From assembly GCA_002269645.1 (NCBI GenBank), contig NIVC01001176.1, positions 248,001 through 312,000 of the forward strand: DNA of 64,000 nt, read 5' to 3'. Origin of the DNA: Macrostomum lignano (Eukaryota). The notes beneath the pieces were generated by a model. It saw only the letters and a list, made by a program, of their open reading frames with translations, made no database searches and was not told the DNA's origin. Position 1 is the stretch's first letter. Each line of letters begins with the position of its first letter. The translations under genes were made by a program, and so were the position numbers. Below, in pieces: positions 61,735 through 64,000 of the stretch.

Positions 61735-63510
61735 AGCACGCATTTGTTTCCCCATTGATATTCGAATTTTAACAAAAGCAAAATACTAAAAGCAACCCGT
61801 AGCATTAAACTTTACACAGAGTAAACTGCAGCCGTGAAACGACTATTGGTCAAGTTTCAGCTCGATATGTCACTTTGGCTTTGAGCAGGAGCGATTTTCG
61901 ATGTGTTCTATTTTGTGATTCCAAAATTCATATTGATATTCGAGTACAGGTACTTCTGCCTCACCGATCTTGACGAAACTTTACACAGAGTAAACTGCAG
62001 CCGTGAAACGACAGAAACGAAAACAGAAACGTAAAAAGTCAAAATCATGCAGTATGTGGGTGATTTGCATGCCAGCTTAGAGACGAATTATAAAACAGTA
62101 AAATTTACAATATCAAGTAACAGTTGGCAACATGTTTTAAGTACTGTAGATAAGTCATTGTAGTCTTAGAAAAGTTAATATCGCTCAAATGAATAGTCAG
62201 CAGAAATGTAACGAAGTGCTCCGAATTGAAGTTGCATAGTACGGATTTAGATTAGCCAGGTAGTAGAAAAACGGTATGGCAGTTCTCACAAATAAAATTC
62301 TCGACTGGCCGATTGATACATTGCACATGATACCAGTACAAGCAAGATGGGCACTCGATCTGGAAAAAAATCGTCGCATTGCATCATAATAATTGCTATC
62401 AAATTTCAGACAGCTACGCATTCAGCCAGTCGTTCAGGCAGTAGCGTTATGTTTTTTGATCCTGTCAATCATCTAGAGGGTTTGCTATACTCGTATGTTG
62501 TAAACCTATATTTGTTTTAAAAAGGCTGAATCGAAAAAATATTTTTTGTTGGACCTACCCAGTCGATCGGAGCATTGGCGACAGGACTGCATGTATCAGG
62601 ACAGCTTTTTTTGCATGCATGGCAAAACTCTTGGTTCCCTCCGAGACTGTAAACTTCGATAACCGCCCAGATGTAATGTCTAAATGACTCCAGTGATTGG
62701 GCGTCACGCTTGAAAAAGGGCACTTTTCCGAGCACAATCGCCCTGGCGTAGATACAGACGAAAACACCGCAGCTGTATCCATCGACCTGCATTGTACGGG
62801 GCAATGTATCGGCTACGAACTTGTCTTGACACTTCCTGAATAAAGGAGCTGCCGAATCCACGAAAGGTAAGAGGACAACCGAATCGAGAAGGCGACTGCA
62901 ATTTTGCATGTTCATATCAGAATAGACAGTACTTGAATATCAATATGAATTTTGGAATCACATGTATTTTAAATGGAACACATCGAAAATCGCTCCTGCT
63001 CAGAGCCAAAGTTACATATCGAGCTGAAACTTGACCAATAGTCGTTTCACGGTTGCAGTTTACTCTGTGTAAAGTTTCGTCAAGATCGGTGAGGCAGAAG
63101 TACCTGTACTCGAATATCAATATGAATTTTGGAATCACAAAATAGAACACATCGAAAATCGCTCCTGCTCAAAGCCAAAGTGACATATCGAGCTGAAACT
63201 TGACCAATAGTCGTTTCACGGCTGCAGTTTAGTCTGTGTAAAGTTTCATCAAGATCGGTGAGGCAGAAGTACCTGTACTCGAATATCAGTATGAATTTTG
63301 GAATCACATGTATTTTAAATGGAACACATCGAAAATCGCTCCTGCTCAAAGCCAAAGTGACATATCGAGCTGAAACTTGACCAATAGTCGTTTCACGGTT
63401 GCAGTTTACTCTGTGTAAAGTTTCATGCTACGGGTTGCTTTTAGTATTTTGCTTTTGTTAAAATTCGAATATCAATGCGAATATCAATGCCGGAAACAAA
63501 TGCGTATTTA
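61735..63510. mobile_element. Foldback-type element: long inverted arms built of ~170-177-bp sub-repeats
   Basis: Left arm ~61735-62012 (about 1.2 units plus terminal block). Right arm ~62930-63510 (three units starting 62935, 63112, 63281 plus terminal block gctacgggttgcttttagtattttgcttttgttaaaattcgaatatcaatg..ggaaacaaatgcgt). Confidence 0.85.
62252..62915 (-). pseudogene. Spliced Ulp1/SENP (C48) protease C-terminal fragment fused to a PHD finger; exons ~62915-62559 and 62359-62252
   Basis: QVDGYSCGVFVC (oxyanion Gln and catalytic Cys of C48 proteases). tgg|gtaggt and tttttttccag|atc join in frame to give CHAC..DW-IECPSCLYWYHVQC..FICENC..PG*. The His/Asp part of the catalytic triad is absent. 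Confidence 0.8.
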
Positions 63511-64000
63511 AGCGAAATTGGAAACCTTTGGAACCACCTTTTTGTTCGTCCACCACGGTCGTGCAATCAAAGAAAGGACAGTGTGTGATACGCTCGTATT
63601 CTAATTCAACTCCTTGGAAGCTTGGCATTTTGGCAAGAATCACTGGGGATTCACGCCGATTTAGTCAATCTTAATGCGGCCAGGCCTAGTAGTGAGGTAA
63701 GGTCGGATGATCGGCAATCCTCTACTTTCGCACGTTTAATTATTTTTCGAAAAATAATAACTTCCTTAGTAGTTACTGGGAGTAAAAATATTTTAATATT
63801 TAAACTTGCGCGAATGTAAGACGTGGCAGTGTATCATCGATTTTATGGTGTAGGACCGACCTATAGACCGCCACACACCAAGACCACCACACTGGCTTGG
63901 GGAGCTAGGGGAGGAATTTGGCTGAATGTGTAATTGGATTGTGCTAGGCCTAGAAAGGAGATGAGTGGGTAGGAGAGCCAGTAGGACAAGGCTGCGAGAG

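Overview
Eukaryotic (metazoan) genomic DNA: spliceosomal GT-AG introns, GC-rich exons and very dense minisatellites. The style is reminiscent of a flatworm such as Macrostomum, but that is inference only. One clear host gene is present: a six-exon SLC5A7-like high-affinity choline transporter (30483-40296, +, 596 aa). A probable three-exon orphan gene lies at 48168-51118. The rest is mostly mobile DNA: an intronless Helentron-type rolling-circle RepHel ORF (16-4593, open at the window edge); a downstream A-C-B-A'-B' duplication carrying a spliced Gly/Arg-rich CCHC zinc-knuckle gene and two decayed copies of a 2A-like (GDVECNPGP) + PHD-finger module; a decayed intron-containing CxxH-type transposase; a Tc1 deletion derivative; a long-TIR element carrying a dUTPase fragment; a young, integrase-deleted Ty3/Gypsy element with both LTRs, PBS, PPT and a 5-bp TSD; hAT-type MITEs; a tRNA-derived SINE; a ~1.84-kb-arm near-perfect palindrome; and a foldback element enclosing a spliced Ulp1-protease/PHD fragment. 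The most unusual signals are the 2A-PHD module, whose two copies carry complementary deletions, and the enzyme cargos (dUTPase, Ulp1-PHD) inside inverted-repeat elements. All calls were made by eye; no database searches were run.
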